Positions 1 to 14,325 are shown, counted from the first letter of the stretch. The stretch: 64,000 bases of DNA from Utricularia gibba (GCA_002189035.1 CM007989.1:3534001-3598000); one strand, 5' to 3'. Translations and numbers: made by a program. Notes: a model not told the origin generated them from the letters alone.

Positions 1-2442
1 TCAAATGCTCACTTCGTCATTACAACTGATCCATAAATAAAACACCATTGACAGGAGTACTCCAACCTGAAACATGCAGAGCGAAGTTCCACCTCTGGGA
101 TATCCAGCACCAGAAATTTCACATCCTGGATTGGCATTTCCTACAATCTGAAAGTTTTCTATCCATGGATAATCATCATCTGAAACAGTTATCATAAAAG
201 TCTGTAATTTGATGGATCGTTTCAATAAGCTATAAAAGAGAAGGAAGCAGACGAACCAGCTATATCGTTCATCATTGGCTGAGGATGGAATTGATTACCA
301 GTCATCTGATCAGACTCATGGGAGAACTCGTTTCTCTCGAGCATATTTTCCCCATTGTAACCTGAAACACTTCTGTAATTGGGATCTCTCAGAACGAGCG
401 AATCTCTTGTTGATATACACAAAACAGTAACCAGAAAATGTTAACATGCTTGAATGGGTTATCCTTGACTAGGGGATGCAATGAAGGGTTTATATGATAA
501 ACAATAATCCTCAAATACATGAACTGTGAATGTGGAAGTCCATTTTGAGCCTACGACAAGAAACATATGCATGGTGATTCTCTTGATAGTACAATAAATC
601 TAGCCAGACCTTGAGATGAGCTCTTCATTTCATTTAAGTACATTGTAAGGCAGAAGACAAAAGTTTGATATTTGAAAAATGGGAAGAAATAAGTTGATTC
701 TTCAATTTCAGATAGTCACCTCATGGGGGTTCCATTATTTGCTAGATGGCGCATATCAATGCCTTCCATAAAGACTTTCACTTGATTCGAACCTCCACAA
801 TGCTTTCACGTGCATTGTCTCTTGTTTCAGTATTTTGTCTATAATGAGAAAATCCTCCGATTTCCTATAGACGAATTATCAACATCACATCATAATCACA
901 TTTTTTTCTTGGGTTCAACTGAAAGACGTTAGAAAGCAATGATGAAAGATCTATGTCTGCGAAAAAAACCATACAATCAATTGAAAAACCGTCAACTTTA
1001 AGAGATCAAAGAATTCATCTAAAATGATCAAGTTAGAAGCCATTACATTGGAGCTGCCAGAAAATTGAGCATTAGTGTGCCCTAAACCCAGGGCCCCACA
1101 GTGGGGCTATTTCCAGTCATGGCAGCCAACTCTGCAAGTTTGGCCTATGTAAAAGTGGTCATCATGAGCTTCATACTAAAACTGAGACTGGAAAATTGAA
1201 GATAATGTATCTAGAATCTCAAATTTGGATGAATACTAAAATACTGATTGAAATAAGTATCTGAAAAAGGGGTATGGCTTGATACTATGTAGAGGAAACA
1301 AGCAGCAACATGAGCACTTAAAATACTAGAAAAAGCTTCAGGCTTACACGGAGACCTCTTATATTCGACTGTAGTTGATCATGCAGGTTCTGGAAAGAAA
1401 AAAGGAGAATAAATGAATACACGCTGTGATAAAGAAATCATTAGCACTGAACGAACACAAGACAAGTATGAAGAGTGTGAAGACATGGTGATGAAAATCT
1501 GACAGATAATCAATGAGTTCAATCGCCATAGTATAAAATTCATTGAGTTAGTTAAGATTCACATTCTTTAATACGACTGAAAGTAGATTCAAAAATCAGA
1601 ACACCGCCCAAGTACCACTGCAGGCATTAGCTATTTTTTTCTTAGGCCATACCTTGATAGCATTTGTTAAAGCAGAGGCATTAGTTGCATGTGGTAAAGA
1701 GCAAAATTCATCCAGTATCTCCAGTAAAGATGTTGTAAAAATATGTCTCTCATGTTCTGTAGCCTATAACAAGAAGAATGACTTGACAAAAAAACATAAA
1801 AAGCTAATTTGAAGACGGAAAAAATAACAAAATAGCCCTAGGAAATTGATGACTTCTGCCTTTCATCTCAGTGTCCAAAACACCTCGGAAATTACCTTTA
1901 GTTCAGAGAGCAAGTTCAAATTTTGGTCAAGGTCACCTTTCCTTCGATCCAATTCATTAGATGCTGAAGTTACAATTTCCCTTTGCTTTTCGTCTAGGGC
2001 CTACAAGGAAAATGTGAAGATTTGTTAGAACTGAAGAAACTAGCAATTCCCTGTCTTTTTTTGAGTAAAGTAAAGAAGAGGAGAACATAGATGAGAAAAA
2101 TACGTACAACTCGCAACTCAGAAAATGTCCTCTCGAGGGCATATTTCTCATTTGTCAGCTCTGATTGCTGGAAACATATAGAAACATGAGAGCATTAAGA
2201 CCGAAAAACTGGGAGTGTACAGCCTGAAACTAGAACCACATAGCACATTGCATACTCTAATGCTAGCATCTTTAATTTTTTCCCTAAGATGTACTATTTC
2301 CTTTTCTTGAGCTTGAACCTTCATATAAAGATCCTACAAGAAGCATTTTCATACATCAAATTTTGAAATAACACAAGGTTGGCATCAAATCCTGCAACGT
2401 TACCAGGGTCTCTGGGTCCTGTTCTGTAGTGTCAGAAGACAT
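1..2442 (-). CDS. Uncharacterised coiled-coil protein, At3g03560-like; multi-exon, 3' end runs off the window, start codon tentative
   Basis: Spliced exons read KVQAQEKEIVHLREKI / NEKYALERTFSELRV / ALDEKQREIVTSASNELDRRKGDL / ATEHERHIFTTSLLEILDEF / DDDYPWIENFQIVGNANPG...RGGTSLCMFQ, matching the remembered At3g03560 family. GT-AG boundaries seen at these exons. Confidence 0.72.
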
Positions 2443-5400
2443 CAGCTTTCCAATCAAGGCCTCCAACGAAACTACTTCATTTCATTGAGCATAAAGAACA
2501 ATAACGACCAGCTCTTTTTTGGAAGATAAGCATGACCAACCAGTAACTGATACTGGAAGTCAGTTTATGAACTCCTGGAACCTAAACAAACGGTATTATT
2601 TCAAGGCAAGAAAAATTTATCTGCATAAAAACTAAGAAAATTTTAAACCCCATCCCCGAACCCATAGCAAAGTAGATAAAAAGGGAAATCAAATGAATAA
2701 AAAAACAACCAAGACTACTTTCATTCCGCTCCACGAATAAACGAAACCAAACCTGATATCATCATAAAGTCACCCGAACAACAAAAAGAACAAATCTTGC
2801 CATCCAAAAAAACGAAATCAAGAAAAGTAATGAGTACCTGACAAGCCACACACCATCCAATGATCTAAAACCTCACCGCCCACATATGAATCAGTAAAAA
2901 GAGCTCCTGGCACAAACGTTGGTAGAAAAGAAGGCAGCACAAGCGAAGCCAAATACCGGCGTTAGAGCCTAGAAGTTCCTTATTTTTGTTTCACTCTTTT
3001 GCAACTTTCTCAGCGGCAATAGATGTTCAATTTGCAAGGACAAATCAGCTTTCCAATCCTGCGAGTTTGCCAAAAACAGCTACCAAGTCTCTTAATAAGA
3101 GCCACGGGTTGAGAAACATAAGCCTTCCTTTTTTCCACACGCTTTTAAACCGTAACAAAAACGTCGAGATGCCATATTCCGGTAACTACATACTTTGAAA
3201 TCATATTCCGAAAGAACACGCCTCTGAATCGTCCCCAGTTGACCAATTCAGTGCTTCACACTAAGGATTCCCCACCCCGTTGTTTCGGAGAAGCATCACC
3301 ATTCACACCTCAAGCAATGTGAATCTTCAGAAACAGCACAAGAAAAGTGTTCCGTTAAATCTGAAGCAAAACACAGAGCATGCTAATTTCTACTCGAGGT
3401 TGGTATTGGTCTGGGCCTTCCTGACCCATTCGTTAGCCCAATAAAACTGTGGCTAAAGGCCCATAAATCTCATATCCAAGGCATTTTTTTTAGTAGCCTT
3501 ATATTTTCTATCTATATTCTATCCTTAAATTAAATATCAATTTTCATAAATATTTAAGTAGAATTATCAATCCACACAATTAATAAATATAATTAATTTA
3601 TCAATATACACTACCAAAAGGACCCTCAATAATTAGTCTAGGGACATCATTCTAAATTCTAAATAATGAGAATTAAGTACACTATTTAGATGACAATATG
3701 ATAATTACTGTAATTGAAACTATAGAATCCATGGAAAATGAAGATATTTGCATATAGACTTAGAAGAAATCGCCTTAATACGAAAATAAATTTAGAATAT
3801 CGTAGTATTTGGGTAACTACAAATTTCTGTTCCAATTGTGAAATAGCACCAGAAATAGCTACTCATATCTTTTTTTTGAATGTGTGTATAATTATCAACA
3901 ATGGAAAGATTTATATAAATGATGGGGTTGGCAATCAATGTTACCCTTTTTGCTAGAAAATTTTGGGCATAATATATTGTCATCTATAATTGGAGACCAA
4001 GTTGGAAATATTTGGAAAGGTTATAGTATTAGTGTTGTATTGGCATTTATGATCATATACAAATTTATTGATTTTTAGATCACACATAACCATAATAGAA
4101 AATCCAATCATCAAAGTGCAATATTAGTTTTTTTTTTTTTTTTTTTTGGATGTTGTGAAGAGGGAAAAAGATACCTATATGTGTCCATGAGTAGTTATAA
4201 GAATGATAGCTATCGCTCCACCCATTTTTTTAATAGTTTCATAGATGAATTTGAGAGTATGAAAAATTGTAGATTACAATTTAGATTACGTCCAATGTAT
4301 TGTTTTCTAAAATTTGTTTTTGAATAATAATATGTTGTAATATTGATATTTATTTACACTCTGGTATCTTTTTACTGATTGTAATTATATTACTTTTTGA
4401 AAAAAAAAAATAAGGGATGAATGAGGATCATTGAATTCAACTCACTCAGTGACAAATGCTGTCAATCACAACTTCCGATGTGGGATTCTGCTTCAAATTT
4501 GTAGTTCTTGATGTCCAAGGTGGGAGGGAAATTATGAAAAACATGGGATTGGGGAGCCACCAGCCCTGATGATGTGATGCTGGGGACGAAGGTGATGATG
4601 AGGATCGAGAGTTTCAAGACACTTTCCCCAGATTTTCGAGACACAGCACGGGCACACACTTCTGATTTCGATAAAGGGGAGTCTTGAAAAAGAGGAAAAA
4701 CGGTCATTCAAGTTCAGACATCAGTCTCGTACCAAACTTCAACTCCAGGTTACCATAAAACCCGTCGGTCCAAGTGGAATCACAAACTCCCATTTGGCTA
4801 ATAACTGCGCTTTAGCAGTTAAGCTTCTTCCTCTCGCATGATAAGGCAGCAGCTTTTCTTTTCTTTTCTTCTTCTCCTTCTTCTTCTTCACCTAATACCA
4901 TTCTGTCTCCTGGTTAAACGCAGGCTTGACCATCAGAAACCGACATGGTTTCTTCCCCTACTTTCAATCTAATCAAACCCCGTTTAATTTATATACTCAA
5001 AGTCCCTTTAGCTTCTAAAAGCATGGATTGAGTTTAGTAATATTTATAAATGTTGTACTAAATCGTTACCAAAACAATAAATTGAAAAAAAAATAAAGAA
5101 AATAGACATCAAAATTTTACATAATTCAATTTTCAAGAAAAAATTATTATTTACCACATTAAATATAAAGATATTTACTTTATTAAATTACTAAATCTTA
5201 CTCTTTGTATGAAAAACCCTATGAAGAAACATAGGTTAAGGTTGAGGATCAACCCCATAGGGTATTTGAATGGGAGATATTGTAGGAAATATTGAAAAAA
5301 AGGATTATATGACTATTTTATTTGCGATTGTATAAGGAAATAATACATATGATTCCATACAAAATCCCTGTGAATCCGAAACCCTTCTAAAAAGCCAGAT

Positions 5401-5567
5401 TTTGGATGTCTAATTTAGGGTTTTAGGGTTTTGGAGTTTGTATTTTTTTTATGAATATCATCATAAAATATTCACCCGTAACATGGTTGCTGGACGTGCT
5501 TTTTTTGTTTTCCCGATCGAGACTCCGTGTTGTGTTGCTCTTGTTGTTTCTCTCGTTGTCCTTCTGA

Positions 5568-6272
5568 ATGGAAAATCCAAATGTGGGTTCAGAGGTTGTG
5601 GATTCCGCGAAAACCGTGGCGCGTAGGCCGCGTGGAAGACCGCCGGGGTCGAAGAACAAACCCAAAACGCCGGTGGTTATCGCACGGGAGAGCTCGAACT
5701 CGCTCCGTCCAGATGTACTGGAAATCGCCCCCGGTTACGACGTGCTTCAGGCGCTGCTTGATTACACACGGCGGCATATGAGGGGTTTTTGTATCCTTAG
5801 TTGCTCCGGCGTAGTCATCAACCCCACAATACGGCAGCCGTTGAACCCCACAGAGGTTATATCGCTTCCGGGACGGTTAGATATTCTGTCATTGTCGGGT
5901 TCGCTTCTACCGCCGTCGGTGTCGCCGGTCCCTGCCAATTTGACGGTTTACTTCGTCGGTATGCACGGAGAGGTGATTGGTGGAAATGTTGTCGGCCCAT
6001 TGATGGCATCAAGCCCCGTGACAATCTTCACCGTTTCGTTCACGACTATCACTTACGAAAGGCTGCCGCCGACCAAAGACCAAGCAGAGGTTCCGGAACT
6101 GGCGGCGGAGACAACGGCGCAAAGCAGCCGAGGAGGCGAGCCCGCTGCTTCTCAGTTCATAGATCAAAGTTTAGGGCTCCCTCTTTTTAACGTGCCTTCC
6201 AACATTCAGAATGATCAAATTCCGGCAGACGGCTCGTGGATCGTAAGCTCCTGCGGCCTCCCGGAGTACTAG
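5568..6272 (+). CDS. AHL: AT-hook motif nuclear-localised protein (AT-hook plus PPC/DUF296 domain), intronless
   Basis: RRPRGRPPGSKNKPK AT-hook, followed by a PPC domain with GRLDILSLSGS and GEVIGGNVVGPLMASSPV; intact 234-aa ORF. Confidence 0.95.
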   Translation: MENPNVGSEVVDSAKTVARRPRGRPPGSKNKPKTPVVIARESSNSLRPDVLEIAPGYDVLQALLDYTRRHMRGFCILSCSGVVINPTIRQPLNPTEVISLPGRLDILSLSGSLLPPSVSPVPANLTVYFVGMHGEVIGGNVVGPLMASSPVTIFTVSFTTITYERLPPTKDQAEVPELAAETTAQSSRGGEPAASQFIDQSLGLPLFNVPSNIQNDQIPADGSWIVSSCGLPEY

Positions 6273-6779
6273 CTATCGATTAACCGCTTTAGATCGTCTC
6301 TTTGTTTCCAATCTTTTTGCTCCAGGTTCTTGGAAACCCTAGAAACTTTGAACCATGATCTTATGAATATGCGCTTATTATCTGGTTTCCCGAAATACCA
6401 AGGCTTAATCTACATAGGTATTTTATAGTTGTTTCCATTCTTTCTTTCTTTGTTGAATTTTATAGAGATGAAGATTCCTCCTGTCATAACCTCTGCAAAG
6501 AATAAATGAATGAATGAGGTTGAGATGTCGTGGGTGGTTAAGCAGATGCGCTGGTAGGTGTTGTTCAGGATCAGACTTGAAAACGTGAGCCACCGGTGGG
6601 CCGGAGAAGGGGGCCGCTCCTCCGCAAACGGTGGTGGGTCGGGAGGATAGTGTCGGATTCCCATGGAGAGGGAGCTTTGGGCGGCAATTGGATGTAAAGG
6701 TTAATTCAAAGTGTGTATGATTCTGAATTAAAAAGGTTGTTTCTCTATACAGCTGTTTTGTAGTTGATTCTAGTTGTCT

Positions 6780-8018
6780 TCAAGCATCCATTTTCAGGCA
6801 CAAAAAGTCCTCGACATCCGCCGGGAAACATGGGTACCGCCGCCACTTCCGGCCGTGGGTCATCAGTATTCCGATCGCTCGATCCTTCACCTTTGAATGA
6901 GGTCCGGCGCCGCTGACTTTTAAGAGAGCTACTAGCTTCTTCACCGCTCCACAGAGCAGCATCTCCTCCAGCACACGCTCCCTGGGTTGAAATTTCGATA
7001 TCAGCCAGAGGATCTTTACGGCGGCGCTCGTCGCCGCTGTCGATACATTCATAATCTTCTTCGCCACCGCCGGGATACCCAAAGCATGATCCGTAAACGC
7101 TGCTCTACCCTCGGAAGTTTCACAGAGCAACTTTAACAACCGCAAGATCCTCTCACCTTTCGATCGCCCAGAATCAGGCAACAGCTCCACCAACGTGAAA
7201 ACTCCGCCGGCCTCAGTCGCTTTCACCCGCGATTTCTTCGACGCTGATGTAATCTCCAATAGAAGCTGCAACGCGCGTGAGCTCGCTTTCGTTGAGATTT
7301 CATCTGAAACGACATCGAACAGGGACTTGAAGAAATCAATCCCCTGTTTCTCCGCTACGTAGTTCCAACAATAATCCGCACTGGAAATTTTCAGAAACGT
7401 AGAAATAACTGACAATCGCGATTCAGCTCCGCCGCGCCGGAGGATAATGGACATTGAAGTCATAAACTCAGATCCCATCAAAATACCCAAAATTTTCTGA
7501 TCCCTCTCTGAAACGGGAACTTCGTTTAACACTCCGACCGCCTCCTCACAGGCCGCGAAATCTGAATTCTCCGATGAATCCAACTGCAATTGAAGGAACA
7601 TCTTAACGACAACTTCAACGCCGCCCAATTTCTTAAACTCTGTTTTCAAATCGTCATCCCCCTTTTCTAGAATCACTCTCAGCTTCCTTAAAGAACTTAC
7701 CTTAAAAGGGCTTGATTCAATCGAACCCAAAATCCCAGAAAGCTCCTCCGATGATCCAAAACCACAGACACTCTTCTGCAAATCAGGCTGAGAAGATATC
7801 CACCCCGTGATCAATCTCTTCAATGTGTGATTCGGGGTGATCTGAAAACTGTCAAGCGATTGCATTGTCGCCGGACAAACCTTCTTTCTGTAAGTAAAAA
7901 ACCACTTCTCGATGCTCCGCCGCTCGTAGGTGACTCCGGTGGAAATAGTAACCGGATCCTCCATGAGTTCCAGTGAGATGGGGCATTGGAAATGCTGAGG
8001 AAACTCCATCTCCGCCAC
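6780..8018 (-). CDS. U-box/ARM E3 ubiquitin ligase, PUB22/23/24-like, intronless
   Basis: N-terminal U-box FPQHFQCPISLELMEDPVTISTGVTYERRSIEKW...TPNHTLKRLI followed by ARM-like repeats; intact 412-aa ORF. Confidence 0.95.
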   Translation of the reverse strand: MAEMEFPQHFQCPISLELMEDPVTISTGVTYERRSIEKWFFTYRKKVCPATMQSLDSFQITPNHTLKRLITGWISSQPDLQKSVCGFGSSEELSGILGSIESSPFKVSSLRKLRVILEKGDDDLKTEFKKLGGVEVVVKMFLQLQLDSSENSDFAACEEAVGVLNEVPVSERDQKILGILMGSEFMTSMSIILRRGGAESRLSVISTFLKISSADYCWNYVAEKQGIDFFKSLFDVVSDEISTKASSRALQLLLEITSASKKSRVKATEAGGVFTLVELLPDSGRSKGERILRLLKLLCETSEGRAAFTDHALGIPAVAKKIMNVSTAATSAAVKILWLISKFQPRERVLEEMLLCGAVKKLVALLKVSGAGPHSKVKDRAIGILMTHGRKWRRYPCFPADVEDFLCLKMDA

Positions 8019-9780
8019 AGAGAAATCGAAGAGACGCGGGATTTATAAAGAAAGAAGATGAAAACAAGGAGAAAACAAAGTCAAGGATTCGATTAATATG
8101 AGTTTGCTGGCAATGCCGACCATTGAAGGAAACAGTTGAGAATCAGGGAGGATGCACTTCCTATGTAGTAAATGTCAACCCAAACCATTTTTTATGTATT
8201 TCCACTTCACCCCTCGTAGTTTCGTAAATACTAAATTCGCCGACCTCGTTGAATCGGCCTCGCCCCACTCTGCATTTCTTTATGCGGTATTGTAACAACA
8301 CTTTGATAAACTCTACGGTGATGAAGTTGACTTTTAAAAAAAAATATATATATATTAAGTGGATAGGATTTCGCCACGCCAAGTCAAAAGGATTTTTTTT
8401 GTGTATGTATTATGAAATAAAAATCATATAATAGTCGAACTTTGGATTATTTGGAATCGAATAAATAACAATCATTTCATATAATTTATTCAAAAAATAC
8501 AATTTATAAGTTACCAATTAGTAAGATTACGGAAAATTAATATTTATGTAGATTTAAGTTGATTTGAATGGAAAGTTAATTTATCACTTATTTTAGAAAA
8601 TTATATGGGATAAATATTTTTTTCACATTTACAATTATAACTATATATATTTAGTCATTTTATTTTTTAAAAAAAATTATCGTTCAATAAAAAATGAAGG
8701 ATATTTCCTAGAAGAAAAAGTGAAATTAAACTCTTTTCTTTGTTGAAAAGGTAATAATTTATACCCATAATTGATTTTATAAAATATTTTGCCAAAATAA
8801 TAAAAAATCTTGTTACGGGTGTATTCTGAAAAGCGATTTGTAAAAATAATTTTCAATTAAGTAATTTATTATTCCTGACGGTTAGTGACCGTTGAGCTGC
8901 CACCAGGGACCCATTGGCCCTCCCTTCCTTTTCCAACTGAATTTTCTCTCATGAGAACGGTTACTGTGTGCATGAAAAAAAACAGTGGTTTTCTGGTGCT
9001 GGAGCCAACAGTATAAGGCAGGTTTACCCGGAGCGATTACGAGTTCACCCAGAAGCACCTTCCCTACATGATACGTCTGAGTTTCTAGTTCTGAGTTTCT
9101 TCTGCAGACGAAGAAGTCTTTATGCATCTACCGGGTCAACCTGCATGCTGTATGATATCATAAAACGAGGTGCGTAATGAATGCCTAGCAGCTAAGAAGG
9201 GGTTGGGTTGCGACGCGGTCAGCATGCGTAATAATTGAAGCTGAAGTGGTCAGAGTTCAGACTTGGTAGTACCTTATTCTGTATGCCATTCTTTCTATTA
9301 TTCTGATGAACTAATGGATTTGGGCGTTGATCCATCCCATTGGCCAAGACAGAGCCACGGCTTGGTCCAAATGGATACTCAATCCTCAGACAGAATTCGA
9401 TCTCCTGGCTGAATCAAAGGGCATAGGCACTGTATGCAACGTTTGGCAGAGTGCTCTAAAACTACTTCAAGAATTTGCAGAAAGAATTGTGGAGTTTTTG
9501 AAATGGTTCTCAGAAGCTTTCTTGTTGATATCTTGAAAAAATGGAATTCAGATGCGAATGGTCTCTAACCAGAGTTAAAAATAAGGAACTTGTAGTAAGC
9601 GATCTAAGAATTTCACCTCACACTCTTATTCAACACAAGGAAGACATACAAAAGTCAATAAACGCGATGCTATAGGAATTCCGTACAACCAAACAGTGAT
9701 TCTGTTGTGTAGAGCAACGAAGGTGACTATAGGAATAGGCTAAGCTGCTGCTGGCTCATGACACAACACATGCTTGTTGT

Positions 9781-11913
9781 TCAGCTGGAAAACTTGGAGA
9801 TCAGCTTATCAACATGGACTATAATGTCATCGATGCAGGGACGAACAGCTGGCTGAGGCTGCAGCATCCAGGTAACGAACTGATGAAGAGCTTCGGGTAT
9901 GGAGGATTTGGTTTACTGGGCCATTTTATTTGGGCGTTCAAAATAGCTAGTTGAAGACTTCCTCCAGACTCTCCAAGAACATACTCAAAAGGCGAATCAC
10001 CATACCTGCAAAAAGCAGTTCACCTATGAACGAAACCAGTATAAACATGCGCATCAACCACTCTAGAAGTCATGGCAGTGCATGGATGTTTTCAACATAG
10101 AGGAAGGTCAATCAGAGTAGTGAAGTTGCTGTGACTAAAGCTTTTGCCGGAGTTTTGAAATTTATCCTGAACTGGTCCATGAGAACTATGGAAAACTAGA
10201 GCATCCTTACATCACTGCAAAAAGAGTGCACCCCAATGACCAGATGTCAGTTCTCTCGTCAATATCAGCATGGCTTGGGCAATCCCATAGTTCTGGAGCT
10301 CGGTATGGAGCGGAGCAATGTTCAGAAGCCCATTCCTAGATAGTCAAGAGGTAATAAATCAAGAGAAACGGACACTGTAAAATGCCATGCCCGCAATCAA
10401 CACATTCAACAAACAGTATTTAGAGAGGCAGTACCATAAAAAAGGAGCACCATGTTTCTGAAATTAAAAAAAAAGAAAATGACCTGCAACCGCAGTGCTT
10501 CTGACCGATTGCGAATCTGTCTTCTTGCAAGAGCAGCACTACCAAAGTCCATCAGTATAGCTAAAGGCGGCTGGCCTTTCCTGTGTGTCAAAAGGATGTT
10601 ACCAGGCTTGACATCATTATGAGCATATGGAGGGTCACATTTGTGCATATGCTCAAGCCCTGCACAAAGCTGTAGATCAAAAGATCTTCTGTAAATTCTT
10701 TAAAAAAACACTAGCAAAGTATAATACCAACGCAGGCACGAATTTCCAGACGAAGTGTTTTAATCTCCAAAAGTCCTGATAACTTGAGCTAAAAGGGAAA
10801 TGAACCTTGGAGATGGATCTTGAAACACATCACAACATAATGCTTCGAAAAACCTTTACTAGTATGAATATTCTCTCTGTGCCAATATGCCTCATATCTA
10901 CCTGACGGAATATTTGAAGCACATCTGATGAAGAAAAGAACTCTTTTTTCGCCGCCATAGCCTTCGAATTGTCCAATAACGTTCCATCTAGGTGAGCTGG
11001 GAACAACAAGTACGCTTCATTCTTCCAGGACTGATCTTGTGACGCCTTACCAGTAAATAATAGTTTAATGTCAAATTTGATGTTGCCATGCCAACAATAT
11101 TCCAAACCTCAAGAAAAATAAAATGCCAAAGGAAGCAAAATTGATTACCTTAACCGAAATGATGGCATGGTCGAGAAGAGGAAGCAAGTTGGGATGGCTA
11201 AACTGAGAGGAAACACGAATTTCCTCCCTCACCATTTCCAATTGCTCATTGGACTGTATCAGGACTTTTTTCATAGCGTATGTTCCATCTACTGTAAAAA
11301 TGAAGAACATTCACCAGAATATCAGGTATCCAACATATCAGTATCCTACATTCTATCTATAAAGAAAGATTTAAAGCCAAAAGTTAATGATCAGCACGTT
11401 TGTAGTGGTGTTTGTTCATCCATTAGCCAGAGCACCCTCAATCAAATGACCCTTCTCCACTTTCCCATCATGGGTATCACATCAGAATCAACTTAGTCTA
11501 CCTCAAATTTCGCATTTTCACTGGATCTCCAAATACACAACTCTCATGTACCCATTTCAATGCACTGACAGATCCCGAGTGCACAAAACCCGGCTTAATT
11601 CGGAATTAACAAGCGGAACGGAAAAGAGAGAAGCAATTGATGTACAAGAAAAACAAAGATCATACAACATTCAAGAAAATCCCATATCCCGAAAAGAGGT
11701 ACCGGAGACATGCGCGGAGTCCTTGATCTTTTTGGAAATTCCGGAGGCTGGATTGGAGGGATCAGAAAGAAGCTCCTTTACGAGGTAAACGTAAGCGAAC
11801 CCACCCTCCCCTAACTGCCTGACAATCCTGAAACGGTTATCATTGATCCACACATCTCCGGAACCATTGACAGCATCGTACAAAGCGTTTAATCCAGAGA
11901 ACGAGCAACCCAT
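9781..11913 (-). CDS. STK16: Serine/threonine kinase 16-like (NAK family, ATPK3-like), multi-exon
   Basis: MGCSFSG N-terminus (acylation-type motif), LGEGGFAYVYLV, YAMKKVLIQ, HNDVKPGN, DFGS, RTDIWSLGCTL. One -1 frameshift in the last exon (9895-9897). Confidence 0.92.
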
Positions 11914-13114
11914 CAATCCCACTCAAGCGACTCCCTCCTCAAAAATCTCTATTTTCAGCCGACACAAGGATGCCGCTGCGAATGTGTAAAAAGCGAAAAA
12001 ATGGATACCAATATAGACAATTTCACGATGAAATTGGGAACTAAACATTCCTAGACCTGGATCCAGACATTTTCGCGCTGAGAATGGATGCTCATCGAGA
12101 TGCCATTGTCGTAACTCGGAGGTCAACCACAGCAGTGCAAGAGACCCGAAATTGGGCGCTGCTCTTCCTAAAGCCCAACGGCCCAGCAAGCATAGCCCCA
12201 AAAAAGAGCGCGCCGCCGTGAAGTGTTAACTTCCTCGAAAATAGGCAGAGTACTTCGAGTGCGTAAAATTAAATGCACATCGAGTTGCCGGCCAGCCGCG
12301 GCCGCCGTCCTTTGACCTCGGTGAATCTGAGGTGGGTCCCACCTATGAATCCCAACCCTTCGGCATTTATCATCTACAATAATAATATTTATCATAAATA
12401 TAATTATTATTTTTTACCAAAGTAAAAATATTTTAAATCGGGTTATTTAAATAAACTCTCTTATTTTATTTAAGTATGTTGATTAAAAAAATCATTTATA
12501 TTAAACCCTATTAATCCGCTCCATTAAATGGAAACCTCCAGGAAGGATCCTTTTAGGTGCATGCACAAAATATGATGATTGATTCTCTTTTTCTTTTTCT
12601 TTTTTTTTTTGCTTGTTTGAACGAGATTCTTGCCATAAGAACCGCCCACGTCGGAACCGTCAACGGTCAACGTCCAACGTTGTTCATGTGTAGTAACTGA
12701 AGCGCCCATGTGGCCATGTGCCGCACTGGCTTCTTATTACATCATCTTGCTTACGCTACCTTCTGTGTTTCTTTCCTGGTTTTGAATCTTGGATTCCAAG
12801 AAGAATCTTCACTTCATTTTACTGATTTAGTGATCATGACTAAGAAATGGAGCAATGTTGAAGATGAATAAATGAATTGGACAATGGATTAACTTATTAC
12901 AAACGAATGATAAGCCGCCCAACCTTTTAAAATGCAAGGAGGACGAAGAGGGATCAATCTGCCAGAAATATGGACAGGACAAAAAAGCAACAAATCAAAT
13001 GGTTTTCCCTGGATTTGTGGCTTGTTGGTGGGGATGAAGATCGCCAATAATGGCTTGTTTCCCTTCATCGTGCACACTTCCTTCAAGGGTTTAAAGAAGG
13101 AGGTCAATCAGCAA

Positions 13115-14325
13115 TCAACATAAAACTTGTTGCTGAGGCAGGGAGTTATCTGTGTCTCTCGTCTCCGATGTGTACACCAGCTGGAGATATGTTTTCAGAT
13201 CGTGAGATGTGGCTATGCCTGATTCGGTAATGTGGGGGCAATTTTTGCTACAGAGCCGGAGCTCCTTCCCCACCTCCGCGTACGCCCATTGTGTCCAATG
13301 CGCCGCCGGTTCGCTGGCGAGGAATCCGGGAACTTTAGTAATGGGGTCATCGGTGTTCACGATTCTCAGAACTTTCGTCCCTGTTTTCTCCATCTGGCTT
13401 TGGAAACTCGTGTTCCCGACCCTAGGCCCGCCGAAGGACACGACGGTGATTAGCGGCCGGGAGTCTCCCAGTGATACAGCGAGATCGTACGCCGTCAGTG
13501 TCGCCAGCGACGCCCCTAGGCTGTGTCCCGTGACAGTGATGCTCAGCGGCTCGTCGGGGTAGGTCTCGAGTATCTTCTCAATTTCCTCCCTGACGGAGGC
13601 GCGCAGACTCTGCCGTGTCCCCGTACTCGAAGTGTACAAACTCAGGAACCCACTTTGTACTTTACAGTCACCACACCCCCTGCCGCAATATCCTCCGGCA
13701 CTTCACTCAGCGTCGCCCGGAGATTCTCCATCCACTCCATGCACGTGGCCGTGCCCCGGTACGCGATCACCACGTCGCGGCGGCCGAGTCTGGCGATCTC
13801 GTTCTTATCATTGCAAACGGCGACGTATCCGATCCAACTAGACGTCTTCGTCGCCCATTTCGGACACCGTCGCGAGATCCATTCCGGCACCTGAACGCCC
13901 GCGGTCGCACATAAACTCCTGGTCACTTTGTAACCCGTCTGCCCCATCCCACAACCGGCCAACATTTTCGCCTTGGGGTACAGACATGATCCGAACTCCG
14001 ACGACGTAGAGTCGAAGTTAAAACACCGGTACGCCGCTTCCACAAATTCCCCGTACCGGAGAATCTCATCTCTCAATCCTTCATCCAGGGGATCCAGAAG
14101 GCCCTCCCAGTTCCTTATCCCTTGAAACTCCTTCCACTTCTTACTCAACTTCTTCGTCTTAACCGCCATTGATCTCCCGGAGGCCCCTTCCGGCTTCCAA
14201 GAACCTTTAATGCTGAAACTGCACGATCTCTGTTTGGGCATGCAAGAAAGCGACGCAGCACCTGGGAGATTGCGGGGAAGCACCGTCGCTCGGGGCCCGT
14301 ATATACCGGCCACAGCAGGTTTCAT
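13115..14325 (-). CDS. DAD1: DAD1-like phospholipase A1 (class 3 lipase), copy A, intronless; split by a 1-nt deletion at 13676-13680
   Basis: WEGLLDPLDEGLRDEILRYGEFVEAAY, SSWIGYVAV, GRRDVVIAYRGT, GHSLG nucleophile motif, HDLKTY. Adding one G to the G5 run joins ORFs 13642-14325 and 13115-13639 via GCGDCKVQSGFLSLYTS. Confidence 0.85.

Noticed and set aside
4473-4486. Perfect plant snRNA upstream sequence element (ATCCCACATCG) on the minus strand
   Set aside because: There is no TATA box at Pol II or Pol III spacing and no recognisable snRNA or 7SL sequence downstream.
13676-13680. Programmed ribosomal frameshift, or true pseudogene, in DAD1-A and the other split genes
   Set aside because: The same -1 homopolymer pattern hits otherwise intact genes including RPL3 and SIG2, so sequencing error is more parsimonious. 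No slippery heptamer plus structure was seen.
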